DNA of 64,000 bases from Bacteroidota bacterium (GCA_013288285.1 JABDCE010000002.1:2027-66026); one strand, 5' to 3'. Counted from the first letter of the stretch, positions 9,709 through 20,175 are shown. Notes: a model not told the origin generated them from the letters alone. A program made the numbers and translations.

Positions 9709-10611
9709 ATGAAATCACGCATTTTCACTCTTTTATTCCTTGTATTCGCAAATGGCTTGCTGGCACAACCTAATTTTAAAGTAGGCTGGAATACTTATAA
9801 AGCCGGCCTGATCACCCACCAATTTACCTACAGATACACTTATACCGACAGTACTGTGCTTACGCTCATAGATACCCTTACCTATCTATCTACAGCCGAC
9901 AGCCTGGTAAACCTGTGCGTTCATACACCTATGCACGACAGGGCTGTGTATAAGACCTGTGACTACCTGAACGCAAAAAAACAGGTGATAAAAACTGAAG
10001 AATATAAGGATGAAGCCCTGCTATCTAATAAGGAATGGAGGTATGATGATAAGAACCGGAAAAGCACGCACACAGAAGAAAACAAGAGCACAGGAAATAC
10101 CTACAGGAAGACCTACGACTACAGCCCAGATAAAAAGACAGGGGATATGGTTGTGACGGAAAGCTCTTACTACAACGGCAAAGTGGAATTCTACACTAAA
10201 AGCTACTATGACAGGAACAGCGTGAAGTATAAAGAGGTGCGCCTGAATGATAACAACAAGGACATCATACACATAGAATCATATACCTACGGAGATAACG
10301 GGAAGGTGAAGGAACGCTCTGTATTTTTCCCTGAATTCAAGGTGACGAAAAAATTTGAGGAGCATGGGGGTGACATGCCGGCCAAGTGCTTTCGTACGCT
10401 GCCCATGGGGACCATAGAAAAGCCAAGTATAGCCGGAAGGATCGCCTATATAAAGAGAGTGCTTATAAAGAACCAGGCTATCATTTATGACAAAGACTGT
10501 GATGAGTTTGAGTACCACTTTATCAATGGCACTAACTGCGAGGTGATCGTATCTACTACCAAAACTCACAATGTATGGCAGGTAGTGTACCGGTTTAAAG
10601 AGCATGTATAA
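9709..10611 (+). CDS. Exported hypothetical protein with YD-like beta-hairpin repeats
   Basis: Signal ..LLAQ; repeated YDDKNR, YDRNS, YGDNGK units. Confidence 0.6.
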   Translation: MKSRIFTLLFLVFANGLLAQPNFKVGWNTYKAGLITHQFTYRYTYTDSTVLTLIDTLTYLSTADSLVNLCVHTPMHDRAVYKTCDYLNAKKQVIKTEEYKDEALLSNKEWRYDDKNRKSTHTEENKSTGNTYRKTYDYSPDKKTGDMVVTESSYYNGKVEFYTKSYYDRNSVKYKEVRLNDNNKDIIHIESYTYGDNGKVKERSVFFPEFKVTKKFEEHGGDMPAKCFRTLPMGTIEKPSIAGRIAYIKRVLIKNQAIIYDKDCDEFEYHFINGTNCEVIVSTTKTHNVWQVVYRFKEHV

Positions 10612-10629
10612 GTAGCCATAATAGCAGTA

Positions 10630-11325
10630 CTACTTGGCAGCAAAGCTGTGGCCGGGTTTTATCATCTCAGGATGAAGTGACTGAAAACGCGCAATATCCC
10701 TGAGAGAAACATTTGCCACATAAGGGTTATCGGTATTGTGGTCTATGTAATGCTGGTGATAATCTTCAGCTCTCCAGAATACCGTATAGGGCGTTACCTC
10801 AGCAGCTATCGGCCTTTTGAATTTGCCTGACCTGTTCATCTTGTCTATATATTGCAGTGCCGTTGCTTTCTCACGGGCGTTCCTGTAAAATACAATTGAA
10901 CGGTATTGCGTGCCCTCGTCGGGCCCCTGGCCGTTGACCTGAGTAGGATCTTCCTGAGCTTCGAAATATACCTGTAGTAATTGGGGATATGTGATCTTAG
11001 TACTATCGTAATATACGTTCACCGTTTCAGCATGGCCTGTGGCGCCCGTTTCTACGTCTTCGTAGGTTGGGTGCTGTGCATTGCCGCCGGCGTAGCCAGA
11101 AACGCCATTTACGACACCTTTAATGCTCTCAAACAAGGTTTCCTCGTGCCAGAAGCAGCCGGCAGCAAAAGTAGCCTGGCTATACTTAGACAAATCTTTC
11201 GGGATTGGGTCTTTGGCATAGTTGGCCGCAATGGCTTTAGCCTTGCCGCCTGATACGGCCTGACCACAGGATACAAGACTGGAAGAGATAAGTAAAACCG
11301 ACAAATAAAGGGATGTACGATTCAT
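10630..11325 (-). CDS. msrA: Peptide-methionine (S)-S-oxide reductase, exported (lipoprotein-like signal)
   Basis: AAGCFW, GYAGG, GHAE, GTQYRS, AEDYHQHY; N-terminal LVSC. Confidence 0.95.
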   Translation of the reverse strand: MNRTSLYLSVLLISSSLVSCGQAVSGGKAKAIAANYAKDPIPKDLSKYSQATFAAGCFWHEETLFESIKGVVNGVSGYAGGNAQHPTYEDVETGATGHAETVNVYYDSTKITYPQLLQVYFEAQEDPTQVNGQGPDEGTQYRSIVFYRNAREKATALQYIDKMNRSGKFKRPIAAEVTPYTVFWRAEDYHQHYIDHNTDNPYVANVSLRDIARFQSLHPEMIKPGHSFAAK

Positions 11326-11455
11326 TGTATGGCGTTTAGTACAGCATTAATTACGAAGTTAACGCCTTTACAGTTTGTGGGGGATCGATAATACCGGCAC
11401 GAAAAGGGCGTTTTAACGTTTTATATGCATGTCAGACGAGAATTGAACTCTGGAA

Positions 11456-12529
11456 CTATGACACTACGGCGGGAGCATTCAACCACGGCGTTACATCGAT
11501 CTGGTGCGTGCGCGACCTAAGAAATACGATGATCTCTTCATCTGACTTATAACGATTACCGAGGTTGACGAAATGCTTTGCGAGCAGATCGTACCGGTCT
11601 CTCATAAGATAAATGAAGACATGCAGAAAGTGAATACCATCGAATACAATGGCATCATTGTCTATATACTCCTGCAGTGTGCTCTTGAAATAGGTGGGAT
11701 GCTCTGTCCAGTGCATAGTGGGGTGAATGTGGTGGCTAATGTGGTAGCCATCGTTCCAGCACTTGACGTTGTATTTGGTATTGATACAAGTGACGCTGTT
11801 CTTATAAGAATTGGCAGGATCATCAGGGTCAATAAACGCGTGCTGTGCCCAGTTGCCGGTCATGGCGATGACACGGAAAGTAACGAACGGCAGAATGAAT
11901 ACCACCAGTGTAGCGGGCCAGTTGACAAAGCACAATGCGACACACATAGCTATGAACAACAGCTCGCCCCTAACAGAACGGTATAGCAAACTCCTGCGTT
12001 GCTTGCGAACGAAGTAGGAACAAAGGTGGTAAATGCCCATAAACAGAAATGTGCCAAGGTATACCATAAAATCGTTCACCGAATCGCGACGGAACTTCAT
12101 AGTAGAGCTTTCGTCGTCGGGCATGTTGTTCTCAGGGTGGTGCATGCCTACGTGATGGGTGAAGTATGTTTCAGGCGTCTGACCAAATAAAGGGCCAATG
12201 ACCCAGGGCAGATAATAGTTGAGCAGGCTATATTGCTGTTTGAACCAGGCACGATGGCTGGTGCAGTGCATCATAAGCCCATAAGGGCCCTTGAAGGTAA
12301 CATTATTAAAGAACTGATAGGCTATTGCGGCCACCCACCATATAGGATTTGGGATACCGGGAATAAACAGCAGCACAGCCAGCGGAATAAGCGTGAATGT
12401 GATCTTGAGGGTAAGGTAAACAAAGGGAAGATCGCGGCGATCGCGGAGCATAGAGACGAAAAAATGATCGAGTCGCGTGACCGGTTCCGCTACAGAAACA
12501 GGGTCAGTAATATTTGCTAAATTCTTCAT
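11456..12529 (-). CDS. Membrane fatty-acid desaturase family protein (start set at ATG 12529)
   Basis: His boxes HCTSH, HHVGMHH, HISHH plus TM segments; the longer ORF start overlaps the trxA terminator. Confidence 0.85.
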   Translation of the reverse strand: MKNLANITDPVSVAEPVTRLDHFFVSMLRDRRDLPFVYLTLKITFTLIPLAVLLFIPGIPNPIWWVAAIAYQFFNNVTFKGPYGLMMHCTSHRAWFKQQYSLLNYYLPWVIGPLFGQTPETYFTHHVGMHHPENNMPDDESSTMKFRRDSVNDFMVYLGTFLFMGIYHLCSYFVRKQRRSLLYRSVRGELLFIAMCVALCFVNWPATLVVFILPFVTFRVIAMTGNWAQHAFIDPDDPANSYKNSVTCINTKYNVKCWNDGYHISHHIHPTMHWTEHPTYFKSTLQEYIDNDAIVFDGIHFLHVFIYLMRDRYDLLAKHFVNLGNRYKSDEEIIVFLRSRTHQIDVTPWLNAPAVVS

Positions 12530-12575
12530 TAAGATCCTAATAATGCCTGTGCAAGTTAGCAAAATAAGGTACAAT

Positions 12576-12608
12576 AAAAAAGACCGTTCCGACAAAGCCG
12601 GAACGGTC
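12576..12608 (-). terminator. Intrinsic terminator after trxA
   Basis: gaccgttccg/cggaacggtc stem with a U-tract on the minus strand. Confidence 0.75.
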
Positions 12609-12634
12609 AGAAATGAGCGTATTGCTTAGGACAT

Positions 12635-12958
12635 TTATACCCCGAGCAGCTTCTGTATCTTTTTATCGAAAGCACCTTTTGGCGCTGCGCCTACCTGCTT
12701 GTCTACAACCTGCCCACCCTTGATGAACAACACACAAGGTATGCTGGTAACACCATAGTTGACAGAGAGGTTGGGATTCTCATCCACGTTCACCTTACCT
12801 ACATTTACTTTGCCTTCATACTCTTTGGAAAGGGCATCGATAGTAGGACCGAGCGCGAGGCAAGGACCACACCATGGGGCCCAGAAATCTACTACAGAAA
12901 GCTTGTCAGCTTTGAGAACTTCAGCATCGAAATTTGAATCGGTGTATACTGCTGCCAT
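12635..12958 (-). CDS. trxA: Thioredoxin
   Basis: DFWAPWCGPC; TAACTTTG -7 element upstream. Confidence 0.97.
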   Translation of the reverse strand: MAAVYTDSNFDAEVLKADKLSVVDFWAPWCGPCLALGPTIDALSKEYEGKVNVGKVNVDENPNLSVNYGVTSIPCVLFIKGGQVVDKQVGAAPKGAFDKKIQKLLGV

Positions 12959-13106
12959 TGTTTTTATTTTTTGATTACTGTTTTAAAAGAAAGACCAAAG
13001 TTACTTGAATAATGCGTGTGTGCCGAATAGAAAGGCTGTATACGAGTATAATCTTTCCACATAGTGCTAACAATTTTAACCTTTCTGAAGGTTTTGTATC
13101 AGCCGT

Positions 13107-16100
13107 TTATGTTTTATCCAGCATATATCTTATCTCTTCATGAAGCTGGAGGAATTGTATCAGTTCATCATTCAGCTCTATTTTCCTGTTCTGCGATTTT
13201 AACCGCACGCCCATATCATTTTCTTCGTCTTTTATGCTGATAATGAGCTCAGTATTGCCGGGATACTTCTTTACATTGGCTTCAACGAATGCAGCAAATT
13301 CGGCAGTAACTATACTTAATGGCAGTGACAGGTGTATGCGCTTGGTGAGCAGCTTACGCACCTCATCGAGCAGCATAATGTTCTGTATCTGGAACTCCAT
13401 TGTACCCAGGCGGTATTTATGCTCATCGTATACCCCTTGCACCATCAGCTTCTGACCATTGACGAGGTAATTGCCGTAAGCCACATAGCTTTTCTCCCAC
13501 AATAGTATCTCCAGGTGACCGGAATAATCGTTAATGGTCATTTTGCCGAACTTACTCCCCTTCTTGGTGGTCATGTGCCCAATGTCTGTAACGAAGCCGG
13601 CTATGCGTACGTTCCTGCCTTTGTTGGCCTCCAGTTCATTTATGGGTAGTAAGCCGTAGTTGTCCATCTCGAATTTAAAACCGTCGAGCGGATGGGCACT
13701 GAGATAGATGCCGACCACTTCTTTCTCGCGTTCCAGCAATTCAGGCAAGCCCCATTTATCACATTCGGGCATAGCAGGCGGCTTTACCTCCGGCATTACC
13801 GATGCCCCAAAGAGGCTATTGGTAGCCATAGATGAGCTTGCCTGGAACTGGTTGCCGAATTTCACCAGCCGCTCTAACCCCGTTAGTGGGTCTGTTGGTG
13901 GCGCATAAAAGTATTGCGCTCTGTGCATCTGCTGAGAGAAACAATCGACCGCCCCGGCCAGCACCAGGCTTTCCATTGATTTCTTATTTACGGTGCGCTG
14001 GTTTACCCGCTTAATAAAGTCGTATATAGTGAGATATGGGCCATTGGCCTCACGCTCCTGGATAATGTCTTCCACAGCAGCCTCGCCCACTCCCTTAATG
14101 GCATTGAGTCCGAAACGTACCACATTTTCTTTAGCCACGGCAAAGCCTTTGAGGCTTTCATTGACGTCGGGGCCTAACACCTGCAGCCCCATGCGCTGGC
14201 ACTCTTCCATGTAGAACTTTATCTTATCGATATTGCCCTGGTTGTTGAGCACCGCAGCCATATACTCTGCCGGGTAGTGCGCCTTGAGATAGGCTGTCTG
14301 GTAGGCGACAAGCGCATAACAGGTAGAATGCGATTTATTAAAAGCGTACTGGGCAAATGCTTCCCAGTCGGTCCATATCTTTTGCAGTTTGTCCTCGGGA
14401 TGGCCCTTCTTCTTTGCCCCTTCAATGAACTGCCCCTTCATCTTATCGAGCACGGACTTCTGCTTTTTACCCATGGCCTTACGCAGCACATCGGCATCGC
14501 CCTTACTGAAACCGCCGAGGCTTTGTGACAGCAGCATCACCTGTTCCTGGTACACAGTAATACCATAGGTATCGCCCAGGTACTCCTCCATATCCGGCAC
14601 ATCGTAAGATATGGCCTCCTGGCCGTGCTTACGCTTGATGTAATTGGGTATGTATTCCATGGGGCCCGGTCGGTACAGGGCATTCATGGCTATGAGGTCA
14701 TCAAATTTATCGGGCTTCAGATTCACAAGGTGCTTCTGCATACCCGCGCTTTCGAACTGGAAAGTGCCGTTTGTTTCACCGGCCTGGTAGAGTTCGTATG
14801 TTTCTTCGTCGTCGAGCGGGATAGTGTCTATGTCTATTTCTACACCATAGTTCCTTTTTATAAGCGTGAGCGCATCCTTGATAATGGTGAGGGTCTTAAG
14901 GCCCAGGAAGTCCATCTTGATAACGCCTGCATTCTCTATCACATTGCCTTCATACTGTGTGATGAGGGAGTCTACATCCTTGGCCATAAATACAGGCAGG
15001 AGGTCGGTAAGATCAGAAGGTGCTATGATGATGCCCGCGGCATGTATGCCTGTGTTGCGCACAGAGCCTTCGAGCTTCTCGGCATCGTGAAGGACAGTAC
15101 TGTGCAGGGACTGCTGATTATATATCTCGCGCAGCTTATTGACCATCTCTACTTCCTCTCCGGCAATCCCTTCCTTCTGATCGAGGCTACCCTCTCCCTT
15201 CATTTCGGCATGCAACAGGCGCTTCAATGAGATACCCGGCCGCTCCGGCACCAGCTTGGCAAGGGCGTTGCTTTCAGACAGCGGCAGATCCAGCGCGCGG
15301 GCCACATCTTTGATACTGCTTTTGGCAGCCATGGTACCATAAGTAACAATCTGCGCTACCTGGTTCTTGCCGTATTTTTTTACTACATAATCTATTACTT
15401 TCTGCCTGCCTACGTCGTCGAAGTCGGTATCTATATCCGGCATACTCTTACGATCCGGGTTGAGGAAACGTTCGAACAGCAGCTTGTATTTTATGGGGTC
15501 GATATTGGTGATGCCGATACAATAGGCTACGGCTGATCCAGCCGCAGAGCCGCGGCCCGGGCCTATGAATACACCCATATTCCGGCCCTCCTTAATGAAA
15601 TCGCTGACGATAAGGAAGTAACCAGCAAAACCCATGGTGCGGATGGTGAACAGCTCAAACTTCACGCGTTCCTCCACTTCTGCGGTGATCTCTTTGTAGC
15701 GTTCCTTTGCGCCCAGCCAGGTTATGTGCTCCAGGAAGGCGTTCTGGTCATCATTGAACTCAACAGGCACCTTGAAATGGGGCAGCAAAATGTCGCGCTC
15801 CAGTTTCAGCGGCTTTATCTTATCGAGTATGTGGTTGGTATTATCAAGCGCGGCGGGTACGTCTATAAATGTCTGTTCCATTTCAGACTGGGTCTTGAAA
15901 TAGAACTTATCGTTGGGGAATGCAAACCGGCCACCCTTTACCTGCACTTCGTCGTCATCGCCCAGGTCTTTCCATTTCGGGTCTGCCTGCTTGGAGCCGG
16001 TATTGATGCAGAGCAGAATGTCGTGCGCATTGGCATCGCCCTGGTCTACATAATGGCTGTCGTTGCTGGCAATAACGGGTACATTGAATTTTTTTGCGAA

Positions 16101-16724
16101 ACGCATCAGCACTTCGTTCACTTTTACCTGGTCGGCAATATCGTGACGCTGTAATTCTATGTAGTAATCATCACCAAAAAGATCCAGCCACCACTTGAAT
16201 TCCTTTTCGCCTTCTGCTTCTCCCTTACGCAGTATGGTGCGCGGCACAGCTGCAGCCAAACAGCAGGTAGTGGCTATAAGCCCTTCGTGATATTGCAGCA
16301 CCAGTTCTTTGTCTATACGGGGGTATTTGCCATAGAGACCCTCCATATAGCCGAGCGAACATAGCTTTACCAGGTTCTTATACCCTACTTCATCCTTAGC
16401 GAGTAACAATTGGTGGTAACGTATGTCCTTATCGTCTTTGGAGAACTGGCGTTTGTGCCTGTTGTCTACGAGATAAAACTCGCAGCCAACGACAGGCTTT
16501 ACTACCGGCTCTTCAATATCCTTTCCTTCTGCGGTCTGGCCCACGACCTTTTTCTTTTTCCAGGCCTCTGCCACAAAGTCAAAAACACCAAACATATTGC
16601 CATGATCTGTAATGGCCATGGCGGGCATATTGTCGTTACGGGCCTTCTCGTAAAGCTTCGAAATATTGGAAGCCCCATCGAGGAGGGAATACTGTGTATG
16701 ATTATGTAAATGGGAGAATTTCAT
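13107..16724 (-). CDS. dnaE: DNA polymerase III alpha subunit (ATG 16724)
   Basis: HLHNHTQYSLLDG PHP domain, GPGRGSAAGS, MPDIDTDF, KMDFLGL, YAFNKSH. Confidence 0.98.
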   Translation of the reverse strand: MKFSHLHNHTQYSLLDGASNISKLYEKARNDNMPAMAITDHGNMFGVFDFVAEAWKKKKVVGQTAEGKDIEEPVVKPVVGCEFYLVDNRHKRQFSKDDKDIRYHQLLLAKDEVGYKNLVKLCSLGYMEGLYGKYPRIDKELVLQYHEGLIATTCCLAAAVPRTILRKGEAEGEKEFKWWLDLFGDDYYIELQRHDIADQVKVNEVLMRFAKKFNVPVIASNDSHYVDQGDANAHDILLCINTGSKQADPKWKDLGDDDEVQVKGGRFAFPNDKFYFKTQSEMEQTFIDVPAALDNTNHILDKIKPLKLERDILLPHFKVPVEFNDDQNAFLEHITWLGAKERYKEITAEVEERVKFELFTIRTMGFAGYFLIVSDFIKEGRNMGVFIGPGRGSAAGSAVAYCIGITNIDPIKYKLLFERFLNPDRKSMPDIDTDFDDVGRQKVIDYVVKKYGKNQVAQIVTYGTMAAKSSIKDVARALDLPLSESNALAKLVPERPGISLKRLLHAEMKGEGSLDQKEGIAGEEVEMVNKLREIYNQQSLHSTVLHDAEKLEGSVRNTGIHAAGIIIAPSDLTDLLPVFMAKDVDSLITQYEGNVIENAGVIKMDFLGLKTLTIIKDALTLIKRNYGVEIDIDTIPLDDEETYELYQAGETNGTFQFESAGMQKHLVNLKPDKFDDLIAMNALYRPGPMEYIPNYIKRKHGQEAISYDVPDMEEYLGDTYGITVYQEQVMLLSQSLGGFSKGDADVLRKAMGKKQKSVLDKMKGQFIEGAKKKGHPEDKLQKIWTDWEAFAQYAFNKSHSTCYALVAYQTAYLKAHYPAEYMAAVLNNQGNIDKIKFYMEECQRMGLQVLGPDVNESLKGFAVAKENVVRFGLNAIKGVGEAAVEDIIQEREANGPYLTIYDFIKRVNQRTVNKKSMESLVLAGAVDCFSQQMHRAQYFYAPPTDPLTGLERLVKFGNQFQASSSMATNSLFGASVMPEVKPPAMPECDKWGLPELLEREKEVVGIYLSAHPLDGFKFEMDNYGLLPINELEANKGRNVRIAGFVTDIGHMTTKKGSKFGKMTINDYSGHLEILLWEKSYVAYGNYLVNGQKLMVQGVYDEHKYRLGTMEFQIQNIMLLDEVRKLLTKRIHLSLPLSIVTAEFAAFVEANVKKYPGNTELIISIKDEENDMGVRLKSQNRKIELNDELIQFLQLHEEIRYMLDKT

Positions 16725-16843
16725 TGGATCGTTTCCTGCACACTTTCCTGCCACCGGGCAGGCTCTTTCGGCGTCTTACAAAGTAACGAAAATAAGGGCA
16801 GGCGGAAAAAGGGAGTTATCCACAGGAGGTGGGGATTACTAGC

Positions 16844-17116
16844 TTAGTATAGGTTTAAAAAATACTTCTTATGCATATCCTCGACAAAATGACTCTCGCT
16901 GATGGGCAAGCCCGAAGCAGACCCAATAACAGCATCAACACCACATTTAGGACAAAGTGCAGTTTCACCGTCTTCATCAATCCATGCTATTACTTCAGAA
17001 GGAGCATATACATGCAGGCAATAAAAACAACAGCATGTTTCACTTGACTGCAACACTTTTTTATTACTTGTACTGCTTTTATGCGCTTCTATGAGATAGT
17101 CAGACAGGTAAACCAT
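16844..17116 (-). CDS. Small Cys-rich putative zinc-binding protein
   Basis: CCCFYC and ALCPKCGVDAVIG; TATATTTG -7 element upstream. Confidence 0.7.
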   Translation of the reverse strand: MVYLSDYLIEAHKSSTSNKKVLQSSETCCCFYCLHVYAPSEVIAWIDEDGETALCPKCGVDAVIGSASGLPISESHFVEDMHKKYFLNLY

Positions 17117-17192
17117 AATAATATGTCATTAGATTTTAATGCTACTTGATCCTGAATTTCTCCGACAAAGAGCAAATATATTAAGCAACATA

Positions 17193-17549
17193 TCAGGCTG
17201 CAGGTAAGAAAATATCTGCCGGGAGTTGGAAATAGTTTTTTAGTTTCTGGGCGATCTTTAAAGTGAGCTCCCGTCTGCCAGAAAGAATTGATGATACATG
17301 CCCTTTTGAGCCTATCAGATGCTCGAGGTCTTTTGCCTTGAGTCCACGCTCTTCCATTTTGAGTTTTATTACAGCAATCGGATCCAGTTCCGGCAAGCGA
17401 ATATGTTTATCCTCATAATCCTTTACCAGTAAAAGGAGCAGGTCCAGTTCATCAGCATCCGGAGAACCGGACTCAGCATGAAATACGTCCATAGTGCGCT
17501 TTATTGCTTTATTATATTCCGCTTTGGTCTTCAATATTTTCCAGTTCAT
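17193..17549 (-). CDS. higA: HigA-type HTH antitoxin
   Basis: DELDLLLLLVKDYEDKH..PELDPIAVIKLKMEERGL..SKGHVSSILSGRRELT; start overlaps the higB stop. Confidence 0.9.
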   Translation of the reverse strand: MNWKILKTKAEYNKAIKRTMDVFHAESGSPDADELDLLLLLVKDYEDKHIRLPELDPIAVIKLKMEERGLKAKDLEHLIGSKGHVSSILSGRRELTLKIAQKLKNYFQLPADIFLPAA

Positions 17550-17878
17550 TATTTTGGTTTGAATTTTAAAATGTTCCCATCAAAATTTACCATCTCTACA
17601 TCTATTTTGTCATATTCCGAATGAGTTCCGAACCATATAACATACGATGCCATTTTATGGAAATTGACCGATGCCACCAACCTAAAATCATTACCTTTTA
17701 TGTTGAAAATAATACGGTTATTGGCAACAATGCTTGCGTTCCCATACACAGCCTTTAATTCATTAAAATTGTGAAACTTCGCCTTGGAAAACTCATGATA
17801 CCACGTGAGCAAAGCCGTTTTGGCTTTTGGATACTTAGCAATATAGTATTGAATAGTTCCTTTGGCAATAATATTCAC
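17549..17878 (-). CDS. higB: HigB-type mRNA interferase toxin
   Basis: ELKAVYGNASIV.NNRIIFNIKGNDFRLV..WFGTHSEYDKID; toxin-first order. Confidence 0.92.
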   Translation of the reverse strand: MNIIAKGTIQYYIAKYPKAKTALLTWYHEFSKAKFHNFNELKAVYGNASIVANNRIIFNIKGNDFRLVASVNFHKMASYVIWFGTHSEYDKIDVEMVNFDGNILKFKPK

Positions 17879-17883
17879 ATCAA

Positions 17884-17918
17884 CAAAGGTAAACTAATGT
17901 TTTCAATTTGAAAACATT
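17884..17918 (-). promoter_or_regulatory. higBA promoter -7 element (TACCTTTG) with adjacent palindromic operator
   Basis: TACCTTTG at 17891-17884; perfect inverted repeat aatgttttcaa-t-ttgaaaacatt at 17896-17918. Confidence 0.75.
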
Positions 17919-17983
17919 TTTTGAACTTAAATTAGGTTTTGAAATAAAAAGATGATGTAACTTGTCATTCCAATACGAACCGT

Positions 17984-18460
17984 ATGCAGTATACCGCAAC
18001 CGGCGAAGACAGTCGCCATTTCGAGATCACGAATGAACAGGGTGAAGTGACCGGCCGCCTAGAATACGATGCATTTCTACCCAGCAAGGCGCAGATCACC
18101 ATCGGTGACAAGGTGGTATATGACCTGGTACCGGGAAATTTTATGAATGCGGAAATTGATATAACCATGAATGGTATGCCGTTTGCCGAGATAAAGCCTG
18201 ACTTCAATGGCGGGCTTGACTTGGTTTTTAATAACGGGCGGTCTTTCTATTTTACCCGGCAGGGCCTGGGCACCGGCAACTATGTGATCACTGATGAAGA
18301 CCAACAAGAGGTAGCATCTATGCAGTCAGAATTTAGCTGGCGTACTATGAGCTTTGACCATACAATATATGTGCCAGCAAATGGCCTGGATGGCGACATC
18401 AACGCCATCTTGCCGTATCTGCTGGTATACTGCGCCAAAAACATGCGCATGCGGCGCTGA
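17984..18460 (+). CDS. Hypothetical protein (beta-rich with C-terminal hydrophobic helix; tubby/LURP-like layout)
   Basis: 158-aa ORF; alternating beta strands and terminal ILPYLLVYC helix; fold is inferred. Confidence 0.55.
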   Translation: MQYTATGEDSRHFEITNEQGEVTGRLEYDAFLPSKAQITIGDKVVYDLVPGNFMNAEIDITMNGMPFAEIKPDFNGGLDLVFNNGRSFYFTRQGLGTGNYVITDEDQQEVASMQSEFSWRTMSFDHTIYVPANGLDGDINAILPYLLVYCAKNMRMRR

Positions 18461-18527
18461 AAACATGATTGGTCGGCATAATTAATGTACGTTTTTCTTT
18501 TCGCCTGCAACTACTTATCTTTATTAT

Positions 18528-18800
18528 ATGGTTGTGAAAAAATACGAACTTGCGATAGAATTATCTGATGGCGGCGAATGGATATGCGATGTGACAGAAC
18601 ATAGTGAAAATGAGGTGACGCGCTATGAAATAGAAGTGGACCCACCTCTGTTCCGGGATATAAAGAATGACCCCTTCCCGATGGAGATGCATTATGATGC
18701 AAGTGGTGAGTTGGTGTTTGTGACTGAGCATCCACTCACAGACCATCTACAGGAACTGGAACCGATACTGGCGCGCGAAATAATCAAAGGAGTCTTTTAG
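18528..18800 (+). CDS. Small acidic hypothetical protein
   Basis: 90-aa ATG ORF, co-oriented and tightly packed between neighbours. Confidence 0.55.
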   Translation: MVVKKYELAIELSDGGEWICDVTEHSENEVTRYEIEVDPPLFRDIKNDPFPMEMHYDASGELVFVTEHPLTDHLQELEPILAREIIKGVF

Positions 18801-18835
18801 GCTGAAGGAATAGCTAATCAATAAAGAGATAAGTT

Positions 18836-19561
18836 GTGCAATACCCCATACTACTTATATCCAGCTCTGCCGTACATGGCTATGGCTACCTGGAATGTAA
18901 CAAAGACGCCATAAAGGCATTGGTGAAAGACATCAACAGCCCGGTGCTCTTTGTGCCCTACGCGGCAGCACGCAGCGAATGGGACAGCTATACCGATAAG
19001 GTGCGTACCTTCTTTAAAACACTGGATATGGATGTGGTGGGCATCCATACCCTGCCTCACGAAAATGTGCTGGACGATTTTGGCGTCATATTCATAGGCG
19101 GCGGCAATACTTTCAGACTGCTGCATACACTACAGCAGCAAGACCTGCTTGGCGATATTCGGAAGACTGTACTTAGCGGCAAAATAAGATATATGGGCAG
19201 CAGCGCGGGCACCAACATGGCTACACGCAGTATATGCACTACCAACGATATGCCTATTATTTATCCGGCAAATGGCTTTGATGCACTGAACCTGCTGACC
19301 TGCCAGGTAAACCCACACTACCTGGACCCCGAACCGGACGGCACCCATAAAGGAGAAACACGCGATCAGCGCCTTGCTGAGTTTCACCAGGAGAACGACA
19401 TAACAGTAATAGGTCTGCGTGAGGGCGCCTACATCAATATACATACTGACTTTGCCACCACGCGGGAATTGTGCATAGGCGGTATCAATGGCGCAAAAAT
19501 ATTTGTGAAGGATAAAGCGCCCTATGAGGCGCCCGTAAATGAGAAATTTGTATTGGAGTAA
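18836..19561 (+). CDS. pepE: Dipeptidase E (peptidase S51)
   Basis: LFVPYA, IFIGGGNTFRLL, GSSAG, TTNDMPI, NPHYLD..HKGETRDQRLAEF. Confidence 0.93.
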   Translation: MQYPILLISSSAVHGYGYLECNKDAIKALVKDINSPVLFVPYAAARSEWDSYTDKVRTFFKTLDMDVVGIHTLPHENVLDDFGVIFIGGGNTFRLLHTLQQQDLLGDIRKTVLSGKIRYMGSSAGTNMATRSICTTNDMPIIYPANGFDALNLLTCQVNPHYLDPEPDGTHKGETRDQRLAEFHQENDITVIGLREGAYINIHTDFATTRELCIGGINGAKIFVKDKAPYEAPVNEKFVLE

Positions 19562-19660
19562 CTGTGGCGTTTTATGCACACCAAGCTACTATGCTGAGAC
19601 TGTAGAACCCTTGTAATTTTCGTGGCAGGATTTTATTGTTAATTAGTTAATAGCCATAAT

Positions 19661-19879
19661 GTGGAAAACGTAAAGAAAATATGGTTCTCTGAAGAAGGGA
19701 TCGCCGACATCACCCTGACCAGGGAAAAACTGAAATCTGAGATACAACGTATCAAACGGTCGCGATCGCAGGCCACGGATAAGATACTGGAGATCCGGTA
19801 CCTTGTAGACCAGTATTTCACGGCCGGCTGCAATGAAGAATTGCTCAATGCCAATCTGCCCTGGCAAACGTTCAATTGA
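19661..19879 (+). CDS. Small hypothetical protein
   Basis: 72-aa GTG ORF with helical charged composition. Confidence 0.4.
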   Translation: MENVKKIWFSEEGIADITLTREKLKSEIQRIKRSRSQATDKILEIRYLVDQYFTAGCNEELLNANLPWQTFN

Positions 19880-20175
19880 ATATTATTTTTATACATTTCC
19901 TTGCGTCTATTGTTCCCTGATATAGTCATGGTAAGTTCCAGCGTGCACTGCTGTCTATAAAATTCGGAACGATAATTAAGTAAAGTCCACCATCTCACTT
20001 GTTCTTTTCCGTTTTTACTTTGTTGTAGCAGTCCTTAAATAATTCATTCTTCGCAGATTTTACGCCTTGAAAAAAAACAAAATAACTACGCAATATGGTG
20101 AACTTTATTTAATCAACGTTCCTTACAATTGCAAAGAATATCTTAAGAAAAACTATTTTTGTAAAAAGCAGAAAT

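Noticed and set aside
13107-16724. Intein or split in dnaE
   Set aside because: Normal length, continuous motifs, no intein splice motifs seen.
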